DNA of 64,000 nt from an uncultured virus (IMG/VR IMGVR_UViG_3300022198_000011). Its lineage: Duplodnaviria; Heunggongvirae; Uroviricota; Caudoviricetes. A model generated the notes under the pieces. The model searched no databases, was not told the origin of the DNA, and saw only the letters and a list, made by a program, of their open reading frames with translations. Position numbers and translations under genes: made by a program. Below are positions 34,027-43,682 of the stretch, in pieces. Each line of letters opens with the position of its first letter. The stretch's first letter is position 1. The stretch is from IMG/VR virus record IMGVR_UViG_3300022198_000011, one strand, 5' to 3'.

Positions 34027-35373
34027 GTGTTGCTCAGAACTCGACCGGACAGCCTCTCCCTCCTCAAAGGGAGCAACGACCTCGTCGTTGCAGGCTACGC
34101 CAGTGTCGAACTCGTCGACAAGCAGGGGGATTTGATTACTCGTTCGGCCTTGAAAGACGCTTTCAAGAAGTTCATGGCCGACCCGAAGTTCAGGAATGTG
34201 CAACTGGCGCACTCTAACATTCAGGTAGGAGAAGTCATTCCACAATACACAGACAGTGAAGGGAGGTTTTGGAAGAGCGAAGTTGATGACGCCGGAATGT
34301 TCGTCGTAGTTCAACTCAGAAATGACATCGAAAAGGCACGAGAAGTGGCGGCCGAAGTCAGGAAGGGTAACTTAGCGGGATTCAGCATCGGAGGACAAGC
34401 ATTCAAGCGAGTTCGGAAACACGATAGCAGCCACGGCAACTACCAAGAAATCAGCAAACTCGAACTGCACGAAATCACCATCTGTGAAAAAGGAATCAAC
34501 CCTGAAGCAACATTCAAAATCCTAAAAGAAGACAACAATAAGGAGATGAAAAAGATGACCGACGATGTTATGGAACAAATGAACAGCGTGTTGGAGCGAC
34601 TCGAAGGTCGCCTTGACTCTATGGAAAAAGGCGAACTCCCACCGGGCTTGGCCGCTGCTCAGAAGAAAAAGAAAGAAGAGGGTGCTGATGCTCCTTCCAA
34701 AGAAGAAAAGACCGAGATGAAAGACAAGGACGACAAAGAAAAGTCCGAGTTCTCTGATGTCATCACGGCCGAATACCTCGACTGGATGGAAAACACCCTC
34801 AAATCCGCTGGTGTGGACACTGACGGTGCCCGTGCCCACTTCGACGGTATCGCCAAGGCCAACCTTGGTTCTACCCCTGAGGAACTGTCTGACTACGACA
34901 CCCGCTTCGCTGCTCAAGTGAAGGGTCGTGCTCAAGAAGGCGGCTCCCCTTCCACCAACGCTCTGTCCCGTGCAGGCCTCTCCCGTGGCGGCGCTGTTAC
35001 CAAGGCTGACTTCGTTACCTCCGTTGACCCTGTCTCTCTTGAGCACGCTTACGAGGTCTTCAAGGCCGCCAAGCAAGAAGAGGAACTCCGCAAGGCCATG
35101 GAAGGCAACTTCGAGTCCCGCTACAAGGCTGAGCGCACTGAGGAGATTACCAAGGCTCAGGCTCAGGCCTTCGACGCCCGTGGTCCTCTCGATGAAATCA
35201 TGAAGTCGCTGGCTGCTCTCAACGACCGCATCGACAACATCGGCTCCGTGCAATCCACGACCATCGCAAAGTCCGCTTCCCCCGCTATCGAGGTCCCCTC
35301 GACTGCTGACATGGCCAACATGTCATGGGAAGAAGTTCACCAACTGGCTGGAGGCTTGTTCCGCAGCGAGTGA
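34027..35373 (+). CDS. Prohead protease (HK97/herpes-assemblin fold) with a C-terminal scaffold domain
   Basis: VAGYASVELVDKQGD, LAH, GFSIGG, LHEITIC..GINPEA; directly upstream of the MCP; TTTATTTA at 33989. Confidence 0.9.
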   Translation: MLLRTRPDSLSLLKGSNDLVVAGYASVELVDKQGDLITRSALKDAFKKFMADPKFRNVQLAHSNIQVGEVIPQYTDSEGRFWKSEVDDAGMFVVVQLRNDIEKAREVAAEVRKGNLAGFSIGGQAFKRVRKHDSSHGNYQEISKLELHEITICEKGINPEATFKILKEDNNKEMKKMTDDVMEQMNSVLERLEGRLDSMEKGELPPGLAAAQKKKKEEGADAPSKEEKTEMKDKDDKEKSEFSDVITAEYLDWMENTLKSAGVDTDGARAHFDGIAKANLGSTPEELSDYDTRFAAQVKGRAQEGGSPSTNALSRAGLSRGGAVTKADFVTSVDPVSLEHAYEVFKAAKQEEELRKAMEGNFESRYKAERTEEITKAQAQAFDARGPLDEIMKSLAALNDRIDNIGSVQSTTIAKSASPAIEVPSTADMANMSWEEVHQLAGGLFRSE

Positions 35374-35412
35374 ACACTCGACAACTGAAAAAAAACAAAA
35401 GGAGATGAAAAC

Positions 35413-36585
35413 ATGGCACGAAATTATGTTCGCACAGTAACCGACATGGAGCGCTACTACTATGGCGCAGGCAACGCAATGGGCTACTCTTACAGTGGCT
35501 CTGAACTTCTCAAGGCCGACAGCCCTATGCTGTCCACGACGGCTGGAACCTACCAAGCCATCTACGGACGCAAAGTGTGGTCCCAGTTGAACCAAGAGTT
35601 CAACGCCTTCTCAATCCTCCCCAAGCGCCCATGGGAGCGCAGTGGATGGCGAGTCATCACGGACAAGCCCAACGGCGGCGTCCTCACTGGTGGTATCGCT
35701 GAGAACGGCACCTTGCCTGAAACCATCAAGCCAACCTTCCAGCACATCGCTGCAAAACCCAAGACCATAGCACACTCCTTCGATGTGAGCGAAGTCGCTG
35801 TCTTTTTGTCCGACAAGGACGACGGCATGGGTGACATGCGAGCCGTCCTTAAGGAAGAGATGGGCAAGCACCACGCTGAGATGGTCAACAAGATGCTCCT
35901 CACGGACGCTGACACTCTCGCAGGCAACAACTTCGAGTCCATTGACCGCATCACCGGTAACGACGGTGGCGCTTCCGGCGGCCTGACCTCCATGGAGACG
36001 GGTTCCGCTGCTGCTGACCACTGTGGGACCGATGACCTTGACATCTACAGCATCGACCGCAGCGCCAACGCTTGGTCCAACGCTGTCGTCAACTGTGGCT
36101 CTGACCAAGACGCCGCCAACCGACGCACCATGTCCCTCGACCAACTGGATGACACCTTCCAGCGCATGTGGGAACTCGGTGGTAACCCCAAGGTCATCTT
36201 GACGGGCTACGACACCCTCATGCGACTCCAGCAACTCCTCCAAGCCCAACAGCGGTTCATGGAAGAAAAGCGAGTCACCCCCACCTACAACGGTGTGAAG
36301 GGTGTTCCCGGTATCGAGGCTGGTTTCATCGTGGCTACCTACAACGGCGTCCCCATCATCCCCTCAAAGGATGTTGAGAAGGACGGCATCAGCCGGATGT
36401 ATTTCCTCGACACGGACTACCTCTACTTCTCTACTGCAATCCCAACGCAATACTTCGAGTCCGGCATCGAGACTGGCGACCCATTCGCCATCAACCGCCT
36501 CGGTCAAGAAGGCCTCTACCGAACCATGGGCGAGGTGTGGACCACCTTCTTCCGTGCTCAGGGTAGCATCCGTGACCTGCAGTGA
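35413..36585 (+). CDS. Major capsid protein (HK97 fold)
   Basis: 390 aa after the protease; strong AAGGAGATGA SD; strongly C-ending codons; YNGVPIIPS and YFLDTDYL. Confidence 0.9.
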   Translation: MARNYVRTVTDMERYYYGAGNAMGYSYSGSELLKADSPMLSTTAGTYQAIYGRKVWSQLNQEFNAFSILPKRPWERSGWRVITDKPNGGVLTGGIAENGTLPETIKPTFQHIAAKPKTIAHSFDVSEVAVFLSDKDDGMGDMRAVLKEEMGKHHAEMVNKMLLTDADTLAGNNFESIDRITGNDGGASGGLTSMETGSAAADHCGTDDLDIYSIDRSANAWSNAVVNCGSDQDAANRRTMSLDQLDDTFQRMWELGGNPKVILTGYDTLMRLQQLLQAQQRFMEEKRVTPTYNGVKGVPGIEAGFIVATYNGVPIIPSKDVEKDGISRMYFLDTDYLYFSTAIPTQYFESGIETGDPFAINRLGQEGLYRTMGEVWTTFFRAQGSIRDLQ

Positions 36586-36616
36586 GGACAACAAGAAAAC
36601 AAGGAGATGAAAAAAC

Positions 36617-36994
36617 ATGGCAGAAGAATTGACTCTAACTGGAACAGCAACGCCGACCCTTGTCGGTGCATGGGAACTTCGTGCAAACTCGCATGATACG
36701 ACCGAATGGCTCGACGGTGCCGCTGATGTGTCCTACCCCGGCGGTGGACCCGGCACCTTCAACGCCTCCAACTCGGACGGTGCGAACGGCTACGACCCGG
36801 CTCCCAAGATGGCTCTCATCACCACGACTGGTGCAGGCACCATCATCCTCGCAGGCGGCGTGAACAGCATCCTCCTCGCTACGGCCTCTCAGGCTGGCGG
36901 CTCGGCAGGCGCACTCAAAGTCGAAGTGTCGAGCCTCACCATCACCATTACCGGTGTAGCGGCAGCCCACAGTCTGATAGTTCTCTACAACTGA
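36617..36994 (+). CDS. Probable capsid decoration or structural protein
   Basis: Same AAGGAGATGAAAA SD as the MCP; small and rich in Gly/Ala/Thr. Confidence 0.6.
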   Translation: MAEELTLTGTATPTLVGAWELRANSHDTTEWLDGAADVSYPGGGPGTFNASNSDGANGYDPAPKMALITTTGAGTIILAGGVNSILLATASQAGGSAGALKVEVSSLTITITGVAAAHSLIVLYN

Positions 36995-37005
36995 GGTGAA
37001 CCTCA

Positions 37006-37401
37006 GTGCCCGTAGTAACCTACATTGGACGCTCGCATGTCCGTCGTGCAATCGACCCAACCATGCGTGACTGGGAACAAAACCAACCTGTTGAGGTAAC
37101 CTCGGCTTGGTTGGACCGCTTTCACCCACGCCTTGACTCGGACAACTTCCGCATCGAAGGCTGGACCAAGGCTGAGGCTGAGGAACGCACCGTCGACCAA
37201 GGCGGAGACGGCATCCCTGACGCTGGATGGAGCAAGAAGGACATCGGCAAGTGGCTGGAATCCTACAACCTCAAGCCTTCAGGCTACGCTACCAAATCTC
37301 AACTTCTCGAAATCGTCGCAACTGTTATGAGTCCCGACGGTGTCGAAGAGACTGAAGAGATAGCGGCTGAAATCGCTGAAGAATCACAAGGAGATGAATA
37401 A
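37006..37401 (+). CDS. Hypothetical protein with a small helical (HeH-like) domain
   Basis: GAGGTGA SD; WSKKDIGKWL...ATKSQLLE. Confidence 0.65.
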   Translation: MPVVTYIGRSHVRRAIDPTMRDWEQNQPVEVTSAWLDRFHPRLDSDNFRIEGWTKAEAEERTVDQGGDGIPDAGWSKKDIGKWLESYNLKPSGYATKSQLLEIVATVMSPDGVEETEEIAAEIAEESQGDE

Positions 37402-37403
37402 AC

Positions 37404-37658
37404 ATGGCTGTAACGATTGACCCCCGACCAACCTACATGGGCGACCGAATGATTGTGACTGGAACCTACGAATTAGGTGACACGAGCATTGACCTCAGTG
37501 GTCTTCTCGCAAGCATTGATGCTGTCGTTTTGACCCCTACTGCGGCCCCCGGTGCCGCTGACCCCTACCATATCAACGCAGCAGGCACGGGAGTTACACT
37601 CACCGGTGCTGGTGCTACGGCAAATGGTCAGTTCTTCGCAGTTGGTCGCCGCTCCTGA
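37404..37658 (+). CDS. Small structural protein
   Basis: AAGGAGATGA SD; beta-rich composition. Confidence 0.7.
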   Translation: MAVTIDPRPTYMGDRMIVTGTYELGDTSIDLSGLLASIDAVVLTPTAAPGAADPYHINAAGTGVTLTGAGATANGQFFAVGRRS

Positions 37659-37670
37659 GGCGGTGATTGA

Positions 37671-37844
37671 ATGGCGAAAACAGTCACCATTCTCGGGCCT
37701 TACGCTCCGAAAGACTTCAACAACGCCACGGACCGTGCAGCCATTGAGGCAGCCGCCGTCGCAGCCATCGGTGCTAACACGCCTGTGGCTGTTGACCCGC
37801 ACACCATCCTCGGTAACATTTACTTGTTCGTGACTACTCAATGA
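37671..37844 (+). CDS. 57-aa hypothetical protein (not in ORF track)
   Basis: GGCGGTGA SD; MAKTVTILGPYAPKDF...LFVTTQ*; fills the intergenic gap. Confidence 0.7.
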   Translation: MAKTVTILGPYAPKDFNNATDRAAIEAAAVAAIGANTPVAVDPHTILGNIYLFVTTQ

Positions 37845-37859
37845 GCGTGAGGGAGATGA

Positions 37860-38159
37860 ATGGGCTTCGACTTGTCGAAAATCGACTTTGACGACATCAG
37901 TCGTTTTCAGAAGCAAGGCGTTCGCTCCGATGTCACCATCGACCAGTCAGCATTCGTTGACCCTGAAAACCCACTGAAGGGCATTGTCAAGAAGCAGCGT
38001 AATCGCAATAGCGAGGCCGCTGATGTCATGAACATCGGTTCAGGCACTCGCTGCAAGCACTGCGGCATGCTTCACTTTCTATGGCGTGAGACATGCGGTG
38101 CATGTCAACGCCCGATGGAATACAACCTTGTGAGCAGAAGTGAGGAGGCCCGAGAGTAA
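37860..38159 (+). CDS. Zinc-ribbon protein
   Basis: CKHCG...CGAC. Confidence 0.75.
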   Translation: MGFDLSKIDFDDISRFQKQGVRSDVTIDQSAFVDPENPLKGIVKKQRNRNSEAADVMNIGSGTRCKHCGMLHFLWRETCGACQRPMEYNLVSRSEEARE

Positions 38160-39748
38160 TGCCGATGGTCTTCAACCCCGGTGAGGCTGAAACTCGTCCT
38201 CTTGACCCCACAGCCACGGTCTACACGACACCGCAGAAAGTCGCCGACTACCTCGGGATTGGACCTCAAGAGCCTGTGGCTACCTCTGCTGACTCTGTGA
38301 GCGACGGTGTATTCATCACTGGCGAAGACTACCGCCGTTGCGGCACTGAGGTTGGCGATACCATCCTCATCTACAGTGATGCAAACCCTCTCGGTGTTGA
38401 AAAAGAAATCATTGACATCACCAACGGTGGTAGTAGTGGCGTGAAGTTGGTGTTCAGCACTGCTGATTTTACAGCCAGTGACTTCGAGGCTGATGACAAC
38501 ACCTATGTGCAGAACCTCTCTTCATTCACCAACGCTAAGGTTGGACGCCAGCGTGGAGCGACCAAGGCCATCGTTGAGGCTCGTATTCGTGAAGTGCAGG
38601 ATAAGATTGACAACATCACGCACAACGCTTGGCGACCTTATCTCGTGAGCGCTGAATACATCAACTTCGACACCTACAAGCCTTACCGGCGTCGTTACTA
38701 CACCGACTATGTTGGGACGACTCCGCTATTGTTCCGTAATATCCAGCAGATTCTACGCCTCGAACTATGGCAAGGCGACGACTATCGTGAGATTGGTGCT
38801 GCTGAGGCTCGTATCGGCATCCCGAAAAACTACAACGGCAACGCCGATAGCGCTCTTTTCCTATGTCCGGGTAACGCTTCAGCCGCTCGTCTTGATATTG
38901 GAACAGCGACAAACCAATGGCGAGATGATTTTGACCATGTTACTACGGCTCAAAATCTCGCTGACCTCATCAACAAAGAGGACAGGGTGGGTAAGGCGGC
39001 TGTGGAGTTCACACCCACCTTCAAGTTGGAAGGTTCTTCATCCAATGTCGCAGTTCATAACGAGTTCTTGGCCACAGCCAACAGCGACTACGGTAGCGGT
39101 GTGGTGAAAATCACCAGTATGCGCCCTGTCAAAGCAGGTGAGACTTGCACTATCGCCAGCACCGACGACAACCTCTCCATCTCACAAACTCAAGTCAACA
39201 CGGCGACCTTCGTAAGTTCAAGTGGGTCAAGCGTTGTTGTTGATTCAACTGCTGGGTTTGCGCCAAGCGGTGTTGCTTCAAATGGGACAATAGCCTTTCG
39301 ATATGACAGTCTTGACCCCGATGGGGTTACTTTTTCCGGTTGCGCTGTTGTTAGCGCAAGCGGTGACCTTGCATCCATGAGCGGCACCATCACGCAGCAT
39401 CAGTTACAAGTCGACCTACAAGGCGGTAGTTCCAGTGGTGATAACGCTCGGCTCAAGGATTGGTGGATGGACTTTGAAATGGGCATCATTTACTTCAACA
39501 ACTCCTATCCGTTCTTTGAGTGGAACGCCGTTAAGGTGTCTTACATCTATGGGGAACGCTATCTCGAAAAGGCCATCGAGGAGGTTGCTACGAAGATGGT
39601 GGTCATTGACCTGTTGATGTCTGACGACCGCACCGTGCTGTTGCCTGAAGGCACCAGCAACATTGACATCACCGCCAAGGTGCAACTCCTGCAGGCTGAG
39701 ATTGACAAGATTCTCCCACGCTATCAGGAGATTGTTCTCTTCGAGTGA
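38159..39748 (+). CDS. Head-tail adaptor-like protein with large inserted domains
   Basis: YTTPQKVADYLG start; IDNITHNAW; VKVSYIYG...AIEEVATK adaptor-like end. Confidence 0.65.
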   Translation: MPMVFNPGEAETRPLDPTATVYTTPQKVADYLGIGPQEPVATSADSVSDGVFITGEDYRRCGTEVGDTILIYSDANPLGVEKEIIDITNGGSSGVKLVFSTADFTASDFEADDNTYVQNLSSFTNAKVGRQRGATKAIVEARIREVQDKIDNITHNAWRPYLVSAEYINFDTYKPYRRRYYTDYVGTTPLLFRNIQQILRLELWQGDDYREIGAAEARIGIPKNYNGNADSALFLCPGNASAARLDIGTATNQWRDDFDHVTTAQNLADLINKEDRVGKAAVEFTPTFKLEGSSSNVAVHNEFLATANSDYGSGVVKITSMRPVKAGETCTIASTDDNLSISQTQVNTATFVSSSGSSVVVDSTAGFAPSGVASNGTIAFRYDSLDPDGVTFSGCAVVSASGDLASMSGTITQHQLQVDLQGGSSSGDNARLKDWWMDFEMGIIYFNNSYPFFEWNAVKVSYIYGERYLEKAIEEVATKMVVIDLLMSDDRTVLLPEGTSNIDITAKVQLLQAEIDKILPRYQEIVLFE

Positions 39749-39753
39749 TAACA

Positions 39754-40098
39754 ATGGTGAAAGACGAAGCCGATGAGTTTCTCATGATACATCTCACCGA
39801 GGAGATGCTGGACCCTGCTCAGCAAGAAGCGTTGCGTCAAGTCGTGACACAGACGCCGGAGGCTTACCGTCGTGTCGTTGAACAGCAGGAATTGGGGATG
39901 GACGGCATCACTCGCAACGAAGCGGGTGAATACGAGCAAAAAGGGAGCGCCCCTGACCCCAGCACTCTTAAAGCAGCACTGGATAGGGTAGACAAGCGGA
40001 TGCTGTCCGAGTCCCCTGCCCTTGTGACCTACAAGTTGCGACTCAGTGGTGGAAAACTCGTGCCGGATGTCGCAGCCTACAAACGGGAGGTGAAATGA
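39754..40098 (+). CDS. Hypothetical neck-region protein
   Basis: Coupled ORF within the structural operon. Confidence 0.6.
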   Translation: MVKDEADEFLMIHLTEEMLDPAQQEALRQVVTQTPEAYRRVVEQQELGMDGITRNEAGEYEQKGSAPDPSTLKAALDRVDKRMLSESPALVTYKLRLSGGKLVPDVAAYKREVK

Positions 40099-40544
40099 TG
40101 GTCGCAACATGGGCAGAAGGATTGGATTCAGTTATCGCTGTTCTCGGCGACTGGAACCGGGGCAACACCAACAACATCAAGCCCGTCATCGCCGACATCG
40201 CCACTGTCGGTCCTGAGCGTGGGAAGCGCATCGACATGAAAAAGACGGACTATGTTCTCTGTTACGAGACGGCGCACAACGAAGAAGCGCCTGAGATTCT
40301 CTACGATTTTGTCACCACCCGCATCAACATTACCGTGGACATTCGCACCACCAAGTCTCGCAAGCATATGCAAGCGATGGAAAACGAGGTGCGTCGCCTC
40401 ATTCACACCAAGCGCAAGGGTGATGGTGTTGCCTTTGACCGCCTTGTTTTCAAGACCCGGACGGACCTTTCTGACCGGACCAAGAACCTATTCCGCATGA
40501 CCTTCCAAATCGAAGTTGTTATCTTTGCGGAACTCGTGCCATGA
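40095..40544 (+). CDS. Tail terminator/completion-like protein
   Basis: About 149 aa directly before the tail tube; GGAGGTGA SD; beta pattern ITVDIRT...FRMTFQIEV. Confidence 0.55.
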   Translation: MMVATWAEGLDSVIAVLGDWNRGNTNNIKPVIADIATVGPERGKRIDMKKTDYVLCYETAHNEEAPEILYDFVTTRINITVDIRTTKSRKHMQAMENEVRRLIHTKRKGDGVAFDRLVFKTRTDLSDRTKNLFRMTFQIEVVIFAELVP

Positions 40545-40554
40545 GGTGAGCCGG

Positions 40555-42534
40555 ATGCCGTCGACAGTGTATAAAGGGGACTTGACCGAGATTTCATTCG
40601 GTCACGAGACAGGACTTCAACTTGACCATGGCTTCGCAGGGTCCTTTTTGTTCCGTGCGAAGACCGGTGGGAGGGACCTCAAGGCGGACACCAGCGTCAT
40701 TACTTTTGACAGCGGAGCAGCCTCGCAAGTCGTCAACGCTGGCCAACTGAAATACCCCGTCGGGATGCTCGTCGGAGCGAAGGTGTCCTTCCGCATCGCC
40801 AGCAGCAGCCCCAATTTCAGCACCGATGACGATGCAACCATCAGCGGCCGCTCCTTCACTGTTGTTCAGCATACTGTGACATCGAGCGATGTCACTGAAC
40901 TGACCATCACACCTGCGCTGACCACCGACCATTCTGCTGGGGACAAGGACTCCAAATCGGGCGACATCATGTTCATTCACGGCTTTACTGTGCCCTCCGT
41001 CGATGTCAGCATGGCTGCTGACGGCGACAGTGCTTCGGGCTCCAGCGAATCCGTTCTAACTGACCAATTCGTGGGCCTCGCCGCTACGGTGACGCTACCG
41101 GAAACAAAGGTGGACCTCAAGCGCTACCATGTCGTCGGCCTCGGCCGTGATGTGGCCGTGCAAGTGCCGGGACGATTCCTCAACGAAGGCGGCTCTTTTG
41201 AGGTCAACATGCACAACCCCCGCTGGCTCTACTACTGTCTCGGTATGGAAGCGGTGGATGTGAGCAACATCACAGGCCTCAATTCGTTGTTGGTCAGCAA
41301 CGATTACCAATTGAATGGCAAAACTGAAGTTGGCGCTACTGTCATCCCCTTCGACGGCACCGGAGTGCCGACTTTCACCGCTGGGACTTCTGCTGTAGCG
41401 GCAGGCGACTATGTTATCGTCGTTGATGAAACCCGTGCTGATGTCATCACCTACAACGAGGCTGACAGTGCTGACGGCACCGAGTTTGGTGCTGTGGCCA
41501 ACCCTGAGGTCACCTACTTTGACAAGACCGAGACAACTGAGATTCGGCGTATCGTGGCCATCACGAGCACGCGCATCTTCCTCGACGATGCTCTACTTTA
41601 CCCTCACGCTGATAACACTGTCCTGCGCTTTGTCCGTCCCGCTGCAGACAACGCTACGGGTAGCCCCAACCGTGAGTCCAGCGGAAACATTCAGAACCCA
41701 ATCACTCGCCTCCTTTACTCTCGCAGCAGCGTGCCTTCCTTTGCTATGGAAGTCAGCATTCGCCGCCGTGACAGCGACGGTAACACCGACGATGTGGTTG
41801 ACGGCGGCCCCAGCGACACCAAGCAACTGAGTCGAGTCTTCCGTGGCTGCAAAGTCAAGGACTTTTCGTTGACTGCAGACACCGACGCTGCTCTGCGCCT
41901 GAGTGTCAACTTTGACTCCGCTCTCTGTTACACCGACACCGGTCGCCTTGAAAGCACACCGGGGGACCGCTTCAATCCACATCGCATGTTTGAAGACACA
42001 GCAAACAGCGACGCCAATCGCAAGACCAGCGGCATCGCCAAGGGCACGCAGAAACCCTACATGTTCTACAACGGCACCATTGACCTTGCTGGTGTTCGCA
42101 TCGGGCAAGTTGTTTCCTTCACGCTCAACGGCAATACGGGCGTGCAGCAGTTCTACACCATCAACGGCTCCCCCATCGCCGATAGCATCACGGACCAAGT
42201 CCCGCACGCTGGTAGCCGTAACGCCTCCATCGCCGTGGAAGGCAAGACTGAATACACGATGGACATGGAGATTATCGTGGACGACCCTGTCTTCTATCAT
42301 CACATGCGTCGCGCCGTTGACTTCAGCGCCAGCACTGACAACATGATTCGGCTTTCCTTTACCAAAGCAGGTAGCGGCGCTACTCGTGAGCGTATCGACA
42401 TCCTCCTTGATGACTATGTCATCACCGAGGCCCCTCTGCCTATTCCTGAGGACAAGGGACCTATCCGTGCTCCTTTGAAGGTGATGCCGAAAGCCATCCG
42501 TGTTGTGTCGACGGACACACTTTTCCATTGTTGA
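40555..42534 (+). CDS. Tail tube (major tail) protein with inserted domains
   Basis: GAGGTGA SD before MPSTVYKG; FGHET, PSFAMEV, FRGCKVKDFSL; precedes the chaperones and tape measure. Confidence 0.72.
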   Translation: MPSTVYKGDLTEISFGHETGLQLDHGFAGSFLFRAKTGGRDLKADTSVITFDSGAASQVVNAGQLKYPVGMLVGAKVSFRIASSSPNFSTDDDATISGRSFTVVQHTVTSSDVTELTITPALTTDHSAGDKDSKSGDIMFIHGFTVPSVDVSMAADGDSASGSSESVLTDQFVGLAATVTLPETKVDLKRYHVVGLGRDVAVQVPGRFLNEGGSFEVNMHNPRWLYYCLGMEAVDVSNITGLNSLLVSNDYQLNGKTEVGATVIPFDGTGVPTFTAGTSAVAAGDYVIVVDETRADVITYNEADSADGTEFGAVANPEVTYFDKTETTEIRRIVAITSTRIFLDDALLYPHADNTVLRFVRPAADNATGSPNRESSGNIQNPITRLLYSRSSVPSFAMEVSIRRRDSDGNTDDVVDGGPSDTKQLSRVFRGCKVKDFSLTADTDAALRLSVNFDSALCYTDTGRLESTPGDRFNPHRMFEDTANSDANRKTSGIAKGTQKPYMFYNGTIDLAGVRIGQVVSFTLNGNTGVQQFYTINGSPIADSITDQVPHAGSRNASIAVEGKTEYTMDMEIIVDDPVFYHHMRRAVDFSASTDNMIRLSFTKAGSGATRERIDILLDDYVITEAPLPIPEDKGPIRAPLKVMPKAIRVVSTDTLFHC

Positions 42535-42545
42535 GGTGACTAAGT

Positions 42546-43082
42546 ATGCCTACACCAGCCGAATCTGTTCGCAAGTATCGACGCCTAAGCCACGAAGACT
42601 ACGCTGTGTGGTTCGGTGGGCTCCTTGGACTCAGCGAGGCTGAGGCTCGACCTATGGGCACTCACCGTTCAAGGGAACTGATTGAGGAGGCTTTGCGCTC
42701 TCTCATCGACAAACCCTCCGAGGAACCTGCCGAGGTCGTTGAAGAGTCAGTCGAAGAGTCAGTTGAAAGCGCTGGAGTAGAAGACATCCCAAACAGCGAA
42801 GACTTCCCCGCTGACCTTTCTTACGATGCTATGACGCTTACTGAACTCCGTGAGGAGTGTGCTTCCCGTGGTCTACCAGTCTCGGGAACCAAAGCCCAAC
42901 TGGCCCTCCGTCTCAAGCGAGACGATGAGGGCATTACTGAGTCCACACCGACGCCGGAGGCCCCCGCAGAAGCGGCTGCCGAGGAAGAGGTGGATGCCCC
43001 CGCTGATGAAGCGGCTGCGACCGAGGTGGAGATAAATGCCGAGATTACCGAACAAGAGCCAACTACTGAGACAGACGAATGA
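42546..43082 (+). CDS. Acidic protein with a SAP domain
   Basis: YDAMTLTELREECASRGLPVSGTKAQLALRL matches the SAP consensus. Confidence 0.8.
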   Translation: MPTPAESVRKYRRLSHEDYAVWFGGLLGLSEAEARPMGTHRSRELIEEALRSLIDKPSEEPAEVVEESVEESVESAGVEDIPNSEDFPADLSYDAMTLTELREECASRGLPVSGTKAQLALRLKRDDEGITESTPTPEAPAEAAAEEEVDAPADEAAATEVEINAEITEQEPTTETDE

Positions 43083-43407
43083 AACGAAGCACGAGATACC
43101 TGTAGACCCTCATGACCCCGAAGTGGTCATGGAAGTGTGGGTCAGGGACATCTCCTTCTTTGATGTTCAGCGTGCTGCTCAGGAGATGCTTGTTGTAGGT
43201 AAGAACAATGAAATGTCTCTTGACCTCGAATCCTACTGGAAACATGCTTTCACGCACTGGCTTGTGCGAACCAACCCTGAACTCACGGTTGCGGAACTTC
43301 TCAACCTAAAAGGCGACATCGGTCAGCGAATTGCTTCCGTGTTGCCGAGCCCGGAAAAGGTCGGGCAGATGTTGCAGGGGGATTTTACGAGCGGCGACGC
43401 TCAGTGA
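43036..43407 (+). CDS. Tail assembly chaperone (gpG-like)
   Basis: Lies between tail tube and tape measure; slippery site near the 3' end. Confidence 0.65.
   Translation: MPRLPNKSQLLRQTNETKHEIPVDPHDPEVVMEVWVRDISFFDVQRAAQEMLVVGKNNEMSLDLESYWKHAFTHWLVRTNPELTVAELLNLKGDIGQRIASVLPSPEKVGQMLQGDFTSGDAQ
43380..43386 (+). other. Predicted -1 ribosomal frameshift site G GAT TTT
   Basis: In-frame GGG GAT TTT; the -1 frame is open into ORF 43404..43682. Confidence 0.7.
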
Positions 43408-43682
43408 TTGAGGCTTTCCTCAGTCGCAAGACCGTCGCCACCCCCGACGATGTCGGGATGCAAATGGAACTGTGGGGGTATATCGTGGCGAAGCACTACG
43501 GTATTTCACTGAAGGAAGTGCATGAGATGACGCCCGAAACTTTCCAGCAATCTCTCGTTTGGGCGCTTGTCGGCAGAAGTCAAGAGGAAAAGGAAATGAA
43601 GAGGCAGCGACAAGAGGCAAAAAGCGGAGGTCAGGAGACGGTGTCTCTTGATTATGCTTGGCTTGAGACGGAGGACTTTTGA
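43404..43682 (+). CDS. Tail assembly chaperone frameshift extension (gpT-like)
   Basis: In the -1 frame relative to the upstream ORF; YIVAKHYGISLKEVHEMTP. Confidence 0.65.
   Translation: MIEAFLSRKTVATPDDVGMQMELWGYIVAKHYGISLKEVHEMTPETFQQSLVWALVGRSQEEKEMKRQRQEAKSGGQETVSLDYAWLETEDF

Noticed and set aside
34522..42528. Long antisense ORFs such as 34522..35253, 35611..36249 and 41593..42528
   Set aside because: Shadow frames of strongly codon-biased structural genes, with no recognisable motifs
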